A DNA stretch of 64,000 nt from Octopus vulgaris (taxonomy: Eukaryota), in assembly GCA_951406725.2 (NCBI GenBank), contig OX597814.1:101742001-101806000 (forward strand), read 5' to 3'. How positions within the stretch are numbered: the stretch's first letter is position 1; each line of letters opens with the position of its first letter. Shown in pieces: positions 17,039 to 31,063 of the stretch. The position numbers and the translations under genes were made by a program. The notes below the pieces were generated by a model. The model ran no database searches, had not been told where the DNA came from, and saw nothing but the letters and a program-made list of their open reading frames with translations.

Positions 17039-17289
17039 ATGACGGGTTTCTTTCAGTTTCTATCTACCAAATCTACTCACAAGGATTTGGTCGGCCCGAG
17101 GCTACAGCATATGTGTGTGTGAGTGAACGTGGGTATGCGGATGTGTCTCTGTGTGTGTCCACTTAGCGGTTCGGCAAAAGGTTTTAAAAATAAGTAGGGG
17201 GGGGGGGGGGCATTTTATTCGACTAAAACCCTTAAAGACGATCTTGTAGCACGGTTGCTGTCAAATGACTGAAACGAGTAAAACAATAT

Positions 17290-17500
17290 TTTCTACTCTG
17301 GGTACAAGGCCCGAAATTCCTTCTGAGGGATGCAGTCGATTAGATCGACCCCAGTACGCAACTGGTACTTAATTTATCGACCCCGAAAGGATGAAAATCA
17401 AAGTTGACTTTGGCGGAATTTGAACTCAGAACGTAACGGCGGACGAAATACGGCCACGCATTTCGCCCGGCGTGCTAACGATTCTGCCACCTCGCCGCCT
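17290..17500 (-). mobile_element. SINE family B-related copy
   Basis: ggcggaatttgaactcagaacg and gatcgaccccagt..aactggtactt motifs. Confidence 0.8.
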
Positions 17501-18084
17501 TACGAGTAAAAGAATAAAAGAATAATGATTAAAGATAAACGCAACGATGCTTCGGACTAAGTAAGCCACTTGATTTTTTAAAGCAAAGTTTCTCTGGAGT
17601 TTGCGAAGGAAAAAAACCATTTTCCTCACTCTTCTTTAATCACAAAACCTGACCCATTTCCAACCTTTCAGACCTTAACCCTCAATTCTAACCCTAAATT
17701 TCTACCTAAAGGCTACATCCTAAACGCTAACCCTAGTTCTAACTTCATACTACTAACCTAATACCCAAACATTAACCCTAATCTATAGTCGCAGAATAGC
17801 AATCTTCTCTCTCCAAATTACAATTCTGAAAAAGTTGTAACTGAAAACATAACGACAGGTTGAGTACTTCGAAACGGAGAAATGGGGACTTGAATATGAT
17901 AAAATTACAATTTTGCAAAATATTTTTTATTTACAGAATAATGATCTTCTTTGTCTAAAACATAGAGATCTGTAACATTTTAGAAACAAAGACGTAGAAA
18001 GATAATGTTGGGTACCGAACTCGAAATTCTGTTAGATGTAGGAAACTTGTCCAATTAGACAGACATCCACGCTCCGGTAAATAT

Positions 18085-18590
18085 TGGTTTCAAATTTTGG
18101 CACAAAGTCAGCAATTTCGGTGGAAGAGGCTAAGCTGATTACATCGACCCAAGAACCCAACTGGTACTTATTTTATCGATCAGCGGAATATGCAATGTAA
18201 ATATTAAGAGCTCTGTAGCGTAAATATCGATTTCGAATTTTGGAATAAGAGCAGCAAGTTCGGGAGAGAGGGTAAGTCGATTACCTCGACCCCAGTACCC
18301 AACTAATATTTACTTTATCGATTCTCTAAAGGATGAAAGGCAGTGTCGATCTCGGCGGAATTTGAACTCAGAACGTGAGCACTGGCCAAATACTGCTAAG
18401 TAGTTTTCCATATAATACAGATTTCAAATTTTGGCACAAGGCCAGCAATACTGGCACTTATTTTATCGATCCTAAAAGGATGAAAGGCAAAGTCGACCTT
18501 GGCGGAATTTTAACTCAGAAAGTAAAGATGGACGAAATGCCGCTAAGAGTTTTTCACGGCGTGCTAACGATTCAGCCAGCCCGCTGCCTT
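18085..18590 (-). mobile_element. Tandem degenerate SINE B-related units
   Basis: Repeated ttcaaattttggcacaag and gtcgayctYggcggaattt motifs. Confidence 0.7.
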
Positions 18591-18879
18591 ACGCTCCTGT
18601 AAGCGCACAAGATGTTTCTAGGGTGTTCAGAAACTCGCTTTGGAGCGGCTCACAGTATTTTTGAGATTGTAAAACAGTGACTACGAAATTGTACACAATT
18701 TCACCACTGTGCGGCTTTCAATTCGCCTTTAACAACTTTAGCCAGCAACGATAGGTATTGTTTTATATATAAGTGCGAGGAATACTAATGCATTATATGG
18801 GGATTGGACAATAAGCGTAAACCAGTGTCCACGGTGGTTCCAGAAATTTCAAGCCGGAAACTACAGCCTAGAAAACGAT

Positions 18880-19233
18880 CCTCGTCCTGGAAGATCTGTA
18901 GAACTCGACGAGGACGTCCTGCAAATTGATTTACGCTTATTGTCCGATCCCCATATACTGCATTAGTATTCCTCGCACTTTCCGTTGCGTTGTTGTCTTT
19001 ATTGAACTCATAAAGCAAAATATACCGAATACGCTCTTTGAAATTTCCATTATAGCTTTGAAAAAGTAACTATTAAAATTGAACTGCACTCTTCAAAACT
19101 TACACTAAGAATAAGTACAAGGTAAAATTCCTACCTGCTTCTATACCAAGTTGATGCAAGTAGTTTACTCCGTTCCCCTCCGACTTTTAGTTCATGCAAT
19201 TGAAAAATCCGCATTATTTATGGGATGACCCAA
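18880..19233 (-). mobile_element. mariner 5' fragment
   Basis: LYEFNKDNNATESARNTNAVYGDRTISV resembles the mariner transposase N-terminal HTH; TIR-like tattgggtcatcccataaataatgc at the right end. Confidence 0.65.
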
Positions 19234-19439
19234 TATATATACGTGTGTGTGTGTGTGTGTGTGCGTGCGCGCGTGCATGTGTGTGTGTGTGTATGTGAGT
19301 GAGTGAGTGAGTGTGTGTGTGTGTGTGTGTATGTGCGCGCGCGCGCGTATACAAGTGCATTTGCCTTGGATCAGAAAATATCACAAATATCGAAAAATTA
19401 ACTCCTTGATTTTAACCTAGGTCGAATTAAAAGAAACTA

Positions 19440-20159
19440 CAGGAGTTGGACGGAATAATGGAAACACCTGGCCTCATAATTTTGAAATATCTATAAAACC
19501 ATCAAAATCTTGTTTATTTTTATGTTTGGTTTTTTATCATTTGTGTTGATTAATATGTTTTGCTAAAATTGCTGTTTCTTTTCAGATATCATCAGAAAAA
19601 GGTGATTAAAATTCATTAAAATGACATATGTATCGTCTTTTCAAAGAAGTCAAATTGTTGGTCTCGTATGGTAGGCACAAGCGTAATGAAAACAGCCGAA
19701 ATGTTTGACATGTCAAAAAGTACTGTCTCGAAAGTAATGACAGCCCTTGAGAAAGAGGGAAAAACGTCCTCGTCGAAACAAAACTCCGAAAGAAAAGCCA
19801 AAACTTTCAGATAGGGACCATCGGATTCTTACGCGAATTGTTAGAAAGGTTCACAAAAGTACAGCTCCGAAAATTACTGCAGAGCTTAATGACCACATCG
19901 AGAACATTTATTGAACATTTATGGTGCATTTTAGAAAAAAAAGTAAGGAGTCGATATCCTCCACCATCATCACTACAAGAACTGGGGACTGTTTTAGTTG
20001 AAGAATGGACAAAAATTCCTTTGGAAACAATTCAAATTTTGTACGAGCCCATATCTCGTAGAAATCAAGCTGTAATTACTGCCAAAGGCAGTCCTACTCC
20101 ATATTAAAATAAATTTGCTTGAAATTTTAAGGTTTTGCCATTATTTTGTCCAACCCCTG
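19440..20159 (+). mobile_element. Internally deleted Tc1-like DNA transposon with TIRs and TA TSD
   Basis: TIRs caggagttggacggaataatgg / ccattattttgtccaacccctg flanked by TA; N-terminal HTH (KTAEMFDMSKSTVSKV) joined to the C-terminus IEHLWCILEKKV...RRNQAVITAKGSPTPY; most of the DDE core is missing. Confidence 0.9.
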
Positions 20160-20284
20160 TAAGTGTGAACAATATCTCAAAGATATCATATCCACTCTAC
20201 ACACTAATTTCCCTTCTCCTCTCCCTCAGTCTCTCTTCCTCTCTCTCTCTCTCTCTCTCTTTCGCTCTCTCTCTCGCTCTCTCG

Positions 20285-20316
<32 letters not shown>

Positions 20317-21037
20317 AACACGCGCACAGAAAAACGTACAGTTCACCAGTAAAACACACTCCATCTTACATTTACATATTTTCTCACTGGCATAGTCAAT
20401 TTTCTTTCTTACATATTTACATAGATCTAGATTGTCACTCAAAACACGAATAATCACTCCATGAAACACGCAACGATATAATCATTAGCAGTTGCCCGCA
20501 CAAATGCACACCCTTTTTACACAAAGATTTATTGTTGCTAATGTATCAATATATACAAACACTTGAAGACAGACAGACGTATGTTGTCAAACACATAATC
20601 ATAGACTCAGTCACACTCAAGCGTCAGTCTTACTTTCGCACTGTCACTGTGAAAGCACAATATTCATACACGCACAAACACCAATCTTATCCATAACGCT
20701 TTACCTGACATGCACATATTTACGCAGTCACATGAATTTATTCATAAACAACGCATACACACATACATACATACACACATACAAACATATATACATACAT
20801 ACATATATACATACACACATACACACACGCTCTAGCGCAGGAGTAATATACGTTCACGTAAAGTGACAATAGCATTTGGCAGACGACAGAAATGTATCGC
20901 AAGAACAAATAGCAGATATGAATACATAGATTTTTTTTTTTTTTTTTTACCTCTTGCACTTTCTATGCTAAGTAAATTGTGCCGAGGTCATGGCTTGATG
21001 GATTGTTTCGTACCAAGCTGCTTCCGCAGGTCTATTA

Positions 21038-21100
<63 letters not shown>

Positions 21101-21286
21101 ACACACATACACACATACACGCACATAATACGTATGTGTAATAGATGTATACATATATGCATATATATATACGCATATATATGTACGCATACATATGTAT
21201 GTATTTATATATATATATGTGTGGGGGGGGTGTATACATATATATATATGTATTTATATATATATATATGTATGTATATATGTATT

Positions 21287-21322
<36 letters not shown>

Positions 21323-21457
21323 ATAAATATATATATATGTATGTATGTATGAATGTATGTATGTATATATGTATCTATATATATATATGTATGTGTGCAT
21401 ATATGTATATATATATATATATATGTGTGCATATATGTATATATATATATATATATG

Positions 21458-21494
<37 letters not shown>

Positions 21495-21500
21495 GTATGC

Positions 21501-21533
<33 letters not shown>

Positions 21534-21564
21534 TATGTATATATGTGTGTATGTGCGTGTGTAC

Positions 21565-21870
21565 GCGCGTGGTCTGGTGGTTAGGGTATTCGGCTCATGA
21601 TCATAAGGTCGTGAGTTCAATTCCCGTCCATGCGTTGTGTCCTTGAGCAAGACTCTTTATTTCACGCGTTGTTCCAGTTCAATCAGCTGGCAAAAATGAG
21701 TTGTACCTGTATTTCAAAGGGTCGGCCTTGTCACACTCTGTGTCACGCTGAATCTCCCTGAGAACTACGACAAAGGTACATGTGTCTGTCGAGTCCTCAG
21801 TCACTTGCACGAACATTTCACGAGTAGGAGGTTCCGTGGATCGGATCAACTGTAACAATCGTGGAGTGCC
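21565..21870 (+). mobile_element. tRNA-derived SINE family C
   Basis: A/B-box head (gtggttagg..., gtgagttcaattcc) then gtgtccttgagcaag; reverse copy at 46680-46990. Confidence 0.8.
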
Positions 21871-22139
21871 AGTTAGTTGTATATATGTATATATGTATGT
21901 ATATATTTATATATATATACATATATATATTTATGTATGTATGTATGTATATATGTATATAGATATTTATGCATATATATATATATACGTTTATATGTAT
22001 ATACGTATGTATATATGTATTTATATATGCATATATATATATGTATTCATATATATATATATATATATGCATTTATATATATATGTATATATTCATGTAT
22101 ATATTGGTATATATGCATTTATATATATCTCTTTTTACT

Positions 22140-22352
22140 CTTTATTCTTTCACTTGTTTCAGTCATTTGACTGCGGCCATGCTGGAGCACCGCCTTTAGT
22201 CGAGCATATCGCCCCCGGGAATTATTCTTTATAAGCCCAGTACTTATTCTATCGAATACTTTTTGCCGAACCGCTAAGTGACGGGGACGTAAACACACCA
22301 GCATCGGTTGTCAAGCGATGGTGGGGGGACAAACACAGACACACAAACATAT

Positions 22353-22415
<63 letters not shown>

Positions 22416-22580
22416 TTCGACAGGCTTCTTTCAGTTTCCGTTTACCAAATCCACTCACAAGGCATTGGTCGGCCCGAGGCTATAGCAGAAGAAACTTGCC
22501 CAAGATGCCACGCAGTGGGACTGAACCCGGAACCATGTGGTTGGTAAACAAGCTACTTACCACACAGCCACTCCTGCGCC
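22140..22580 (-). mobile_element. SINE family A, near full length
   Basis: Same sequence as the other family A copies. Confidence 0.85.
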
Positions 22581-22648
22581 TATATCTGTATATATATGTA
22601 TTTACATATATATATGCATATATATATATGTACATATATATGTGTCTT

Positions 22649-22696
<48 letters not shown>

Positions 22697-23156
22697 TGTG
22701 TGTGTGTGTTTGTGTGTGCGTGTGTGTGTATGCATATATATATATATGTATTTATAATGTATATAAATGTATGTATTTATGTATATGTGGATTTATATAT
22801 ATAGGTATATATGTATTTACATATATATATATGGTATATATATATATGTATATATATATGTATTTATATATATATGTATATATGTATATGTATGTATATG
22901 TATATGTATTTATATATGTATATGTATTTATATATATATATATGTGTGTGTGTGCGGGTATATATATATATATGTATTTATATATATATGTATATATATA
23001 TGTATATATATATGTATTGCCATATAATATATTTATATGCATTTATACATATACATATATATGTAAATATATATATTTACATATATATGTATTTGTTTAT
23101 GCATGAATGTGTATGTTCGTGCTTGTGTGTGTGTGTGTGTGTGTATGTATGTGTGT

Positions 23157-23211
<55 letters not shown>

Positions 23212-24468
23212 AGTACGTTTTTGTAATTGATTCATTTATTTGTTCATTCATTTACTTGGTATCTGAAAATACGCGTAAAGTCACTCGAGGAAATATTCCA
23301 ATTTACCGGCGTCATTTATAACAATACAGGTTTACATATTATTTTTGCTTATTTTATCTTTTTCATCATTTCCTTTTTCTAATCTTCAGATTAATATCTG
23401 AGGTCTTTCCCTCTTTTTTAGGAAAAAAAACAGCTTCGATATCGATTATAGCTTGATTATATTGACACGAGAATATAATTCTCTTGTCACTTTCTTGACA
23501 GTTTCGAGATAATCCAGACAATGTCTTGGAAAGCCGTTGATTATTAAAACAAAGTATATACTCTTTTAACGGAGAGAGCTTAAACCAAAACTTGATCCGT
23601 TTTTCTGTATTTATTTCTAACACAAACATCGGTGTCAACAATCTTTAGTACAGAGGAAATGGAAATTTCTGATATATATATGCCTTTCTTGTTGTCTTTG
23701 ATAATATTATTGTATTCAATCGGCTCTAACTGGGAATCGAGATTTTAACACCAAATTGATTCATCGAAATTTCACCTCGATCTGTTGCCATTTCTTTCTC
23801 ATTCTCATTCTACAGCTATAACTTAAAACCATTTTTTATACGACAAGTCGACTTCTGAAGTACCAGTACTCAACTGAGCATCATTTTACACAATTCTTAG
23901 ACACCATTTTAAAAGAAACTCGTATGGTCAATCCCATCGTGACAAATAGTCATAAAATTATATAAATTCAGAACTACAAGCCAATGAAACGTTCGTTAGT
24001 TATGAGGTCACCCTCCCCTAGAACAGATAATGTAGACGAATCAACCATCAGTTTGTATTCCACTGCATTCGTTGAGTTTCCTTCTTTTGTAAGACCATTA
24101 AGATATTTTTCTTTCCTTATTCCTTATTAAGAAATTATTAGGTTCTTTCTTTTTTTAAAGATCTGCTTTCAAGAGTAGCTTAGTTATTTCTGTAGATAAT
24201 GGTTTTCTAAGGAACTTGCAGAACTCGTTTTAAAATATCTATTTTAGAAATGAATCGCCATCGTTGAGGAGTTACGCAAAAAATTACGTAGACCTCAAAG
24301 CAAACAAAAATGCTTTTAGGAAGACCGTGAACTATTATTACTGTAATTTCCGTTCATGAGATTGAGAATAAACAAAAACAAACTAGAATATTCATAAAAT
24401 ACATTTAGCAAAATCGAAAAAAAAAACCAAAATATTTCTAGAATATTTTCGAATATAAGCGATTGTTT

Positions 24469-24699
24469 TCAGTAAAGGTATGGTAAGGAGTCTGGGTATT
24501 TTCCGGTTCTAATACATCCAAGTGGCATGCTACTGTCTTTCTCTCTGAGTGTGATTACTCGTGAACGCAAATGCTTTTCCATACCGGGGTAGCTGTTCGT
24601 CCCTTCATAATCAAATTCATCAGCATTAGAGACATCTGATTTGTGGTGTACATAACCTGGAGGATAAAACGTTTTCCCCTGACGTTTCATTATGTGACT
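24469..24699 (-). CDS. Terminal coding exon of DUF4476/PROSER1-N-like gene (SHIMKRQGKTFYPPGY...LPYLY*)
   Basis: Acceptor ttatttttcag, phase 0, 76 open codons to TGA, non-repetitive; phase fits exon 30108-30207. Confidence 0.8.
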   Translation of the reverse strand, partial: SHIMKRQGKTFYPPGYVHHKSDVSNADEFDYEGTNSYPGMEKHLRSRVITLREKDSSMPLGCIRTGKYPDSLPYLY

Positions 24700-25409
24700 C
24701 TGAAAAATAATGAAATGGAAAATATTTTGTAATTTTAGGTGAATAGTGAATGAAATTCAGCACGATGAAGGGAGTTTTTATTAATAATTGTCTCCACCAG
24801 TTTTCGACTGTTGGAAATAAGAGTAATAAATAGTAACGACAAGGTTAAAGATGTAACTCTTTTAATATGCAACTCTTTCGAAAAAAAATCATGCTTGCAG
24901 AATTATCGATAGATTCAAGTGAGCGGGAGAGAAATTTGGCAGGAATATGCGATCGAGAATGTTACGGAGTGTATAGATGATCGTCAATCAAATACAAGTT
25001 AGTTACAACAAGTCGAGTTTATTCGAAAAACTCCTCCTCCCCCATCAAATTTTGGGGGACTTTTGCCTATATTAGAAACAGTTATTGGCCGAATGTTTTG
25101 CACAAGTTCCCGTCTGACGAGACAGAAGTGTCTGCTTTTCATCTATGCCCAACACACTCTGCTAGATGGGCTCGGTATGCCATGACTATTCATATGTAGA
25201 CGTTTGTTGAGAACACGAGACCTGCTGATTTTGTAGAATGGTGAGCTGATGGGGTCTCATTTGAATATAAGTAGCAATGCGAAATAGAACAACATGTCAT
25301 ATTCATATCAAAAATATCTGAACTTACACAAGTGACTTTATGAAAATTTATATTTGATATTTCAATTTTTTCCCCATTTTCTTCCAGCATTAAGAGATCG
25401 TCTTTTTTG

Positions 25410-25490
<81 letters not shown>

Positions 25491-25642
25491 CAAAGAAAAC
25501 AAGGACGGCTCATTCGGAGTTTTTTATCTTCAGTCGAGTTCCAGATTATCTTTGCAATTTCGGCTGGTTATACTCGAATATATATATATACATATGTATA
25601 TCCATATACATTTATATATATATATAGATAGATAGATAGATA

Positions 25643-25690
<48 letters not shown>

Positions 25691-25751
25691 TATAGATAAA
25701 ATATACATATATAAATACATATATATATATGCATATATATACATATATATG

Positions 25752-25814
<63 letters not shown>

Positions 25815-25860
25815 ATATATATATATATACATGCATGTATATATATATATATATATATAT

Positions 25861-27886
25861 ATAAGCAAGGAAAAATTGTAAAAATGCAGAATGCTCAAAT
25901 GAAAGAAAATTTTAATGAAATGAGAAATTGATAAAATATATAAATATATATTTATTCAAACCGGTTGTCGTCATTGTATGACTTGTCAAGAATATTTAGG
26001 TTAAAAAAGTTTTTTAAAAATTAGAAAGGGAAAAAAGAAAATTGCATTGTTTTTTGCAAAAGAATAATAATAAAAATGTACAAAAATTAAAAAATAAGTA
26101 CTCCGATACATTGTGAGTTCGTTGTGTAACTTGAGTTTAATGATTGTTCACGAAAAAATTACCTTGAGGTATTAGGATCCAATGGGATTAAGAGCATGTG
26201 TTGTTTGGTTTAATTGAGGATGATGGCAAAACAGGAAGTAGTAGTAATTGTGGTTCTTCAGTTCCTGTGTTGTGAATAAGGGGAGACAACTCTTTTGAGT
26301 TCTTCAATAAAGGCTGTTAGTAAAACCCAAATTATAAAATTATCATTTTAGCTTCATTTGCGTTATCTTTTTTATATAATTGTTTGTTAACTTAACTTTC
26401 AGATTTTAACACTTTATTTATATTATTTTCTAATTATATAAATCTGCATAGACAATTGCATTTCAGATTGTCATATCATTTATAATAAAAATGATAGTAA
26501 TAACAACAATAGTAAAAATGATATTTAAAGAATATAAGTTTTAGCTTGAAGTGATGAATGCATGGTATCCTTATATATTTGTGTTAGTCCATCCATGAAG
26601 AATGAGGTAGAAAAAGGAAGTTTGATCAACGAGGAGTTTGCATATTAAGTTGTGTTTGGAATTTTTCAATAAAGAGATTCTCCTTGTTAATTCTCTCCTG
26701 TGTGGTGATCACGTCTTTACATTGGTAGAAGGGGAATATATAGAATTTGGGGTTTAAGTCTTTTGCACATGAGTCTATGTGGTCACTCAGTGGAATTTGT
26801 CGGTATTCCGGGAGATTTATTTGTTCTTTATGCACCGCTACATAATTACATGCGCTGGTTGCCAACATAATTATGTTGGACAAACGAGTCTCCCGTTACG
26901 TAAACGAGTAGCGGTGCATAAAGAACAAGTAAATCTCCCGGAATACCGACAAATTCCACTGAGTGACCACATAGACTCATGTGCAAAAGACTTAAACCCC
27001 AAATTCTATATATTCCCCTTCTACCAATGTAAAGACGGGATCACCACACAGGAGAGAATTAACAAGGAGAATCTCTTTATTGAAAAATTCCAAACACAAC
27101 TTAATATGCAAACTCCTCGTTGATCAAACTTCCTTTTTCTACCTCATTCTTCATGGATGGACTAACACAAATATATAAGGATACCATGCATTCATCACTT
27201 CAAGCTAAAACTTATATTCTTTAAATATCATTTTTACTATTGTTGTTATTACTATCATTTTTATTATAAATCTATGACAATCTGAAATGCAATTGTCTAT
27301 GCAGATTTATATAATTAGAAAATAATATAAATAAAGTGTTAAAATCTGAAAGTTAAGTTAACAAACAATTATATAAAAAAGATAACGCAAATGAAGCTAA
27401 AATGATAATTTTATAATTTGGGTTTTACTAACAGCCTTTATTGAAGAACTCAAAAGAGTTGTCTCCCTTATTCACAACACAGGAACTGAAGAACCACAAT
27501 TACTACTACTTCCTGTTTTGCCATCATCCTCAATTAAACCAAACAACACATGCTCTTAATCCCATTGGATCCTAATACCTCAAGGTAATTTTTTCGTGAA
27601 CAATCATTAAACTCAAGATACACAACGAACTCACAATGTATCGGAGTACTTATTTTTTAATTTTTGTACATTTTTATTATTATTCTTTTGCAAAAAACAA
27701 TGCAATTTTCTTTTTCCCCTTTCTAATTTTTAAAAAACTTTTTTAACCTAAATATTCTTGACAAGTCATACAATGACGAAAACCGGTTTGAATAAATATA
27801 TATTTATATATTTTATCAATTTCTCATTTTATTAAAATTTTCTTTCATTTGAGCATTCTGCATTTTTACAATTTTTCCTTGCTTAT
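25861..27886. mobile_element. Penelope-like 3' fragment as a near-perfect inverted duplication (arms ~980 bp, 66-bp spacer)
   Basis: 25861-26841 is the reverse complement of 26908-27886 with few differences; plus strand encodes GIY-YIG C-terminus YIITCAGCQHNYVGQTSLPLRKR..H...KENLFIEKFQTQLN. Confidence 0.9.
27753..27794 (+). ncRNA. Minimal hammerhead-ribozyme-like motif, U3:A8 core variant
   Basis: tattc-TTGACAA-gtcat ac atgac-like stem-GAAA-accggt-TT-gaata; stems I and II pair. Confidence 0.55.
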
Positions 27887-27970
27887 CATTTCTCCACGTG
27901 CGGTCAACACAACCCCACCATTTATTGATCTATATATATATATACATGCATGTATATGCGCATACACACA

Positions 27971-28019
<49 letters not shown>

Positions 28020-28524
28020 ATGCGCGTGTGAAATAATATCAAAATTAAACAATATTTTTAATTAATATCCTTACTGAAGTATCTTGAAGTTGCTTTTCTA
28101 TTGACCCATATTTATGAATATCGTTAGGAAGACACATGGAATACGTCGTTCCCATGTTCATGTTTATCTTGTGACCACCAGCAGGAAATATATTTTTTTT
28201 ATCAGACTGGACCTGAAAATATAGTTACAGAAATTTATGATTCGTCTTTCATTTCTCCCTAGGCTGTTGATTGGGAGAGAATCAGAAAAAAAAAACACTT
28301 TGAAGTATTTATCTTTTATTTTTCGCTTATTTTAGTCATTTTAGTCGAATGAAACGACCACAGTATTTGTTTTTTTATACACCGGGTACTTATTCTATTT
28401 GCCTCTTTTGCCGAACAGCTAAGTATACACACCAACACCGGTTGACGAGCAGTGTAGTGGGGAACAGACACAAAGGCACACACACACACACACAAACACA
28501 TACGACAGGCCTCTATCAGTTTCC

Positions 28525-28936
28525 TATTTCTTTATTGCCCACAAGGGGCTAAACATAGAGGGGACAAACAAGGACATACAAAGGGGTTAAGTTGATTACA
28601 TCGACCCCTGTGCGTAACTGGTACTTAATTTATCGACCCCTAAAGGATGAAAGGCAAAGTCGACCACGGCGGAATTTGAACTCAGAACGTAGCAGCAGAC
28701 GAAATACCTATTTCTTTACTACTCACAAGAGGCTAAACACAGAGAGAACAAACAAGGACAGACAAACGGATTAAGTCGATTACATCGACCCCAGTGCGTA
28801 ACTGGTACTTAATTTATCGACCCCGAAAGGATGAAAGGCAAAGTCGACCTCGACGGAATTTGAACTCAGAACGCAGCGGCAGACGAAATACCGCTAAGCA
28901 TTTCGCCCAGCGTGCTAACGTTTCTACCAACTTGCT
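28525..28936 (-). mobile_element. Tandem SINE B inserted into a SINE A copy, 13-bp TSD
   Basis: tctatcagtttcc at 28512-28524 and 28937-28949; SINE A halves at ~28315-28524 and 28937-29090. Confidence 0.85.
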
Positions 28937-29597
28937 TCTATCAGTTTCCGTCTAACAAATCCACGCGCACGAGGTTTTGGTCGACCCGAAGCTATAGCAG
29001 AAGACACTTGCCCAAAGATCCACACAGTAAGACTGAAGTCGGAACCATGCGGTTCGGAAGCAAGCTTCTTACCAACCAGACACGCCTGTTTCAGCTTTTT
29101 ACGTTCTGAATTATAATCCTGTAGATGTTGATGTTTACCTTTTAACCTTTCGGAGGCCGATAAAATAAAGTACCAATAAAGTACTGGGAATGATAGTTTC
29201 GTCTAATTTTCTCCCCTCAAAACATTGCTGGTCTTTTGCCAAAACTGGAAAAAACTATTTTGTTTCTCCTCACATTCCCTCCTGGCTGACCATCAGGTTC
29301 GTAACACACACGATACACAAAGAATCACGCTACTTCTCCATGCCACTCACACAAAAACACATACTCAAACTCGCACACCAGCCTGCACAAAAAAAAACAA
29401 CATTTGCCTGCTTTGTTCGATCTCCAGCCAAAACTACCCAGTTTAACCTATTCTGCATCTCCGGCCAAGCAGCAGACAAGCATGAACAGTCTAGGAGAAA
29501 ACGTCTCTCAATTGACATGTACCCTTTCCGATGAAATGTGGTCGCCTGCTAAAGTAAGATATATGAGTGTTCAATGAGGCCAATATTAATTAAATAT

Positions 29598-30050
29598 AAG
29601 GCGGCGAATTGGCAGAATTGTTAGCACGCCAGGCGAAGGCGAAATGCTTAGTGACATTTCAACCGTCTTCAGGTTCTAAGTTCAAATTCTGTCGAGGTTG
29701 ACTTTGCCTTTCATTCTTACGGGGTCGATAAAATAAGTACCAGTTGAATACTGGGGTCGACGCAATCGATTTACGTCTCCCCGAAATTGCTAGCTCTGTG
29801 CCAAAATTTGAAATCGATATTAATTTAATATAGGGCAACGAGCTGGGGGAATCGTTAGCAAGCCGGGCAAAATAAGTAGCGGCATTTCGTTCGTGTTTAC
29901 GTTCTAAGTTCAAATTCTGCCAAGGTCGACTTTGCCTTTCATCCTTTCTAGTCGATAAAATAAGTACCATTTGAACACTGGGAGTCGATGTAATCGACTT
30001 ACCCCTGCCTAAAACTGCTGGCATTGTACCAAAATTTTAAATCAATATTA
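29598..30050 (+). mobile_element. Two tandem SINE B-related copies
   Basis: Heads aaggcggcgaattggcaga and agggcaacgagctggg; gttcaaattctg motifs. Confidence 0.8.
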
Positions 30051-30107
30051 ATTCAATCTATCTATAAAGAAAAAGTCAAGAACAAATAAGAATTATATAT
30101 GTCTTAC

Positions 30108-30207
30108 CGTTTGTAAAACCGATAACACAGTCTTCTTTTGCTTCTCAAAAGGAAACATACTTGAAATATATTCTTCACCAAGTTTAGTTTGAGAATCAGT
30201 TAGATAT
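30108..30207 (-). CDS. Coding exon (R)YLTDSQTKLGEEYISSMFPFEKQKKTVLSVLQT
   Basis: Acceptor ttaattttag, donor gtaaga; 100 nt, phase 2 to 0, open frame. Confidence 0.85.
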
Positions 30208-30330
30208 CTAAAATTAACCAATACAAAAATTTAATTCAAAGTCTCGTAAAACGATGTTTAAAAAATATGTATATGAAGAACCTACAGTTAGACTGGGAAC
30301 AGCCTTCTGGGGATGAACAGTTGTGCTTAC

Positions 30331-30422
30331 CTCTTAATGATATCAAGAACGGCCAAACGGTCGTATGGACTAAATACCCTCAGCAACATCCGTGCATTCT
30401 GACACGTCGTTTTACACATGCG
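30331..30422 (-). CDS. Coding exon RMCKTTCQNARMLLRVFSPYDRLAVLDIIK(R)
   Basis: Acceptor ttcttcttcag, donor gtaagc; 92 nt, phase 0 to 2; 123-nt intron to the next exon. Confidence 0.85.
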
Positions 30423-30894
30423 CTGAAGAAGAACAAACAATTATTACTTAGAATATTTTGGCATTGGCAGAACGGGCAGACTGTATTCCCAGGAGGTAAC
30501 TATGCTCTTTCATGTTCTATGTTAATTTTCGAAATGTTTGGCTTTGCCTTTCATCTTCAAGAATTGGAGCAGTCGATAAATACGCATCAGTCATATATTG
30601 CCATTGATTTAATCGATTCAGTCAATTCTTTCCCACACACAAAAAAAAAAAACATTCTAGTCTTGTACCAATGTTCGAAGCCATTATTTAAATTGTTTCC
30701 TTTAATAGAGTGCTGACAAAGTACCTTACGGCATTTAACGAAGCCTGCCCGTTTACTTTCTCTGATCAATTTTCTCATTCATTCTTCTCATCACTAAAAT
30801 ATAAGGTGCCATTCACATACTGGATTCGATATAATTGACTATATGTGGACGTGTGTTTGTATAAGCATATATACATATATATTTATATTTATAC

Positions 30895-30952
<58 letters not shown>

Positions 30953-30986
30953 GAAATATATACATATATATATATATATATATGAA

Positions 30987-31063
<77 letters not shown>

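Noticed and set aside
29482-29553. Plus-strand ATG to gtaaga mini exon (MNSLGENVSQLTCTLSDEMWSPAK)
   Set aside because: No partner exons or homology recognised
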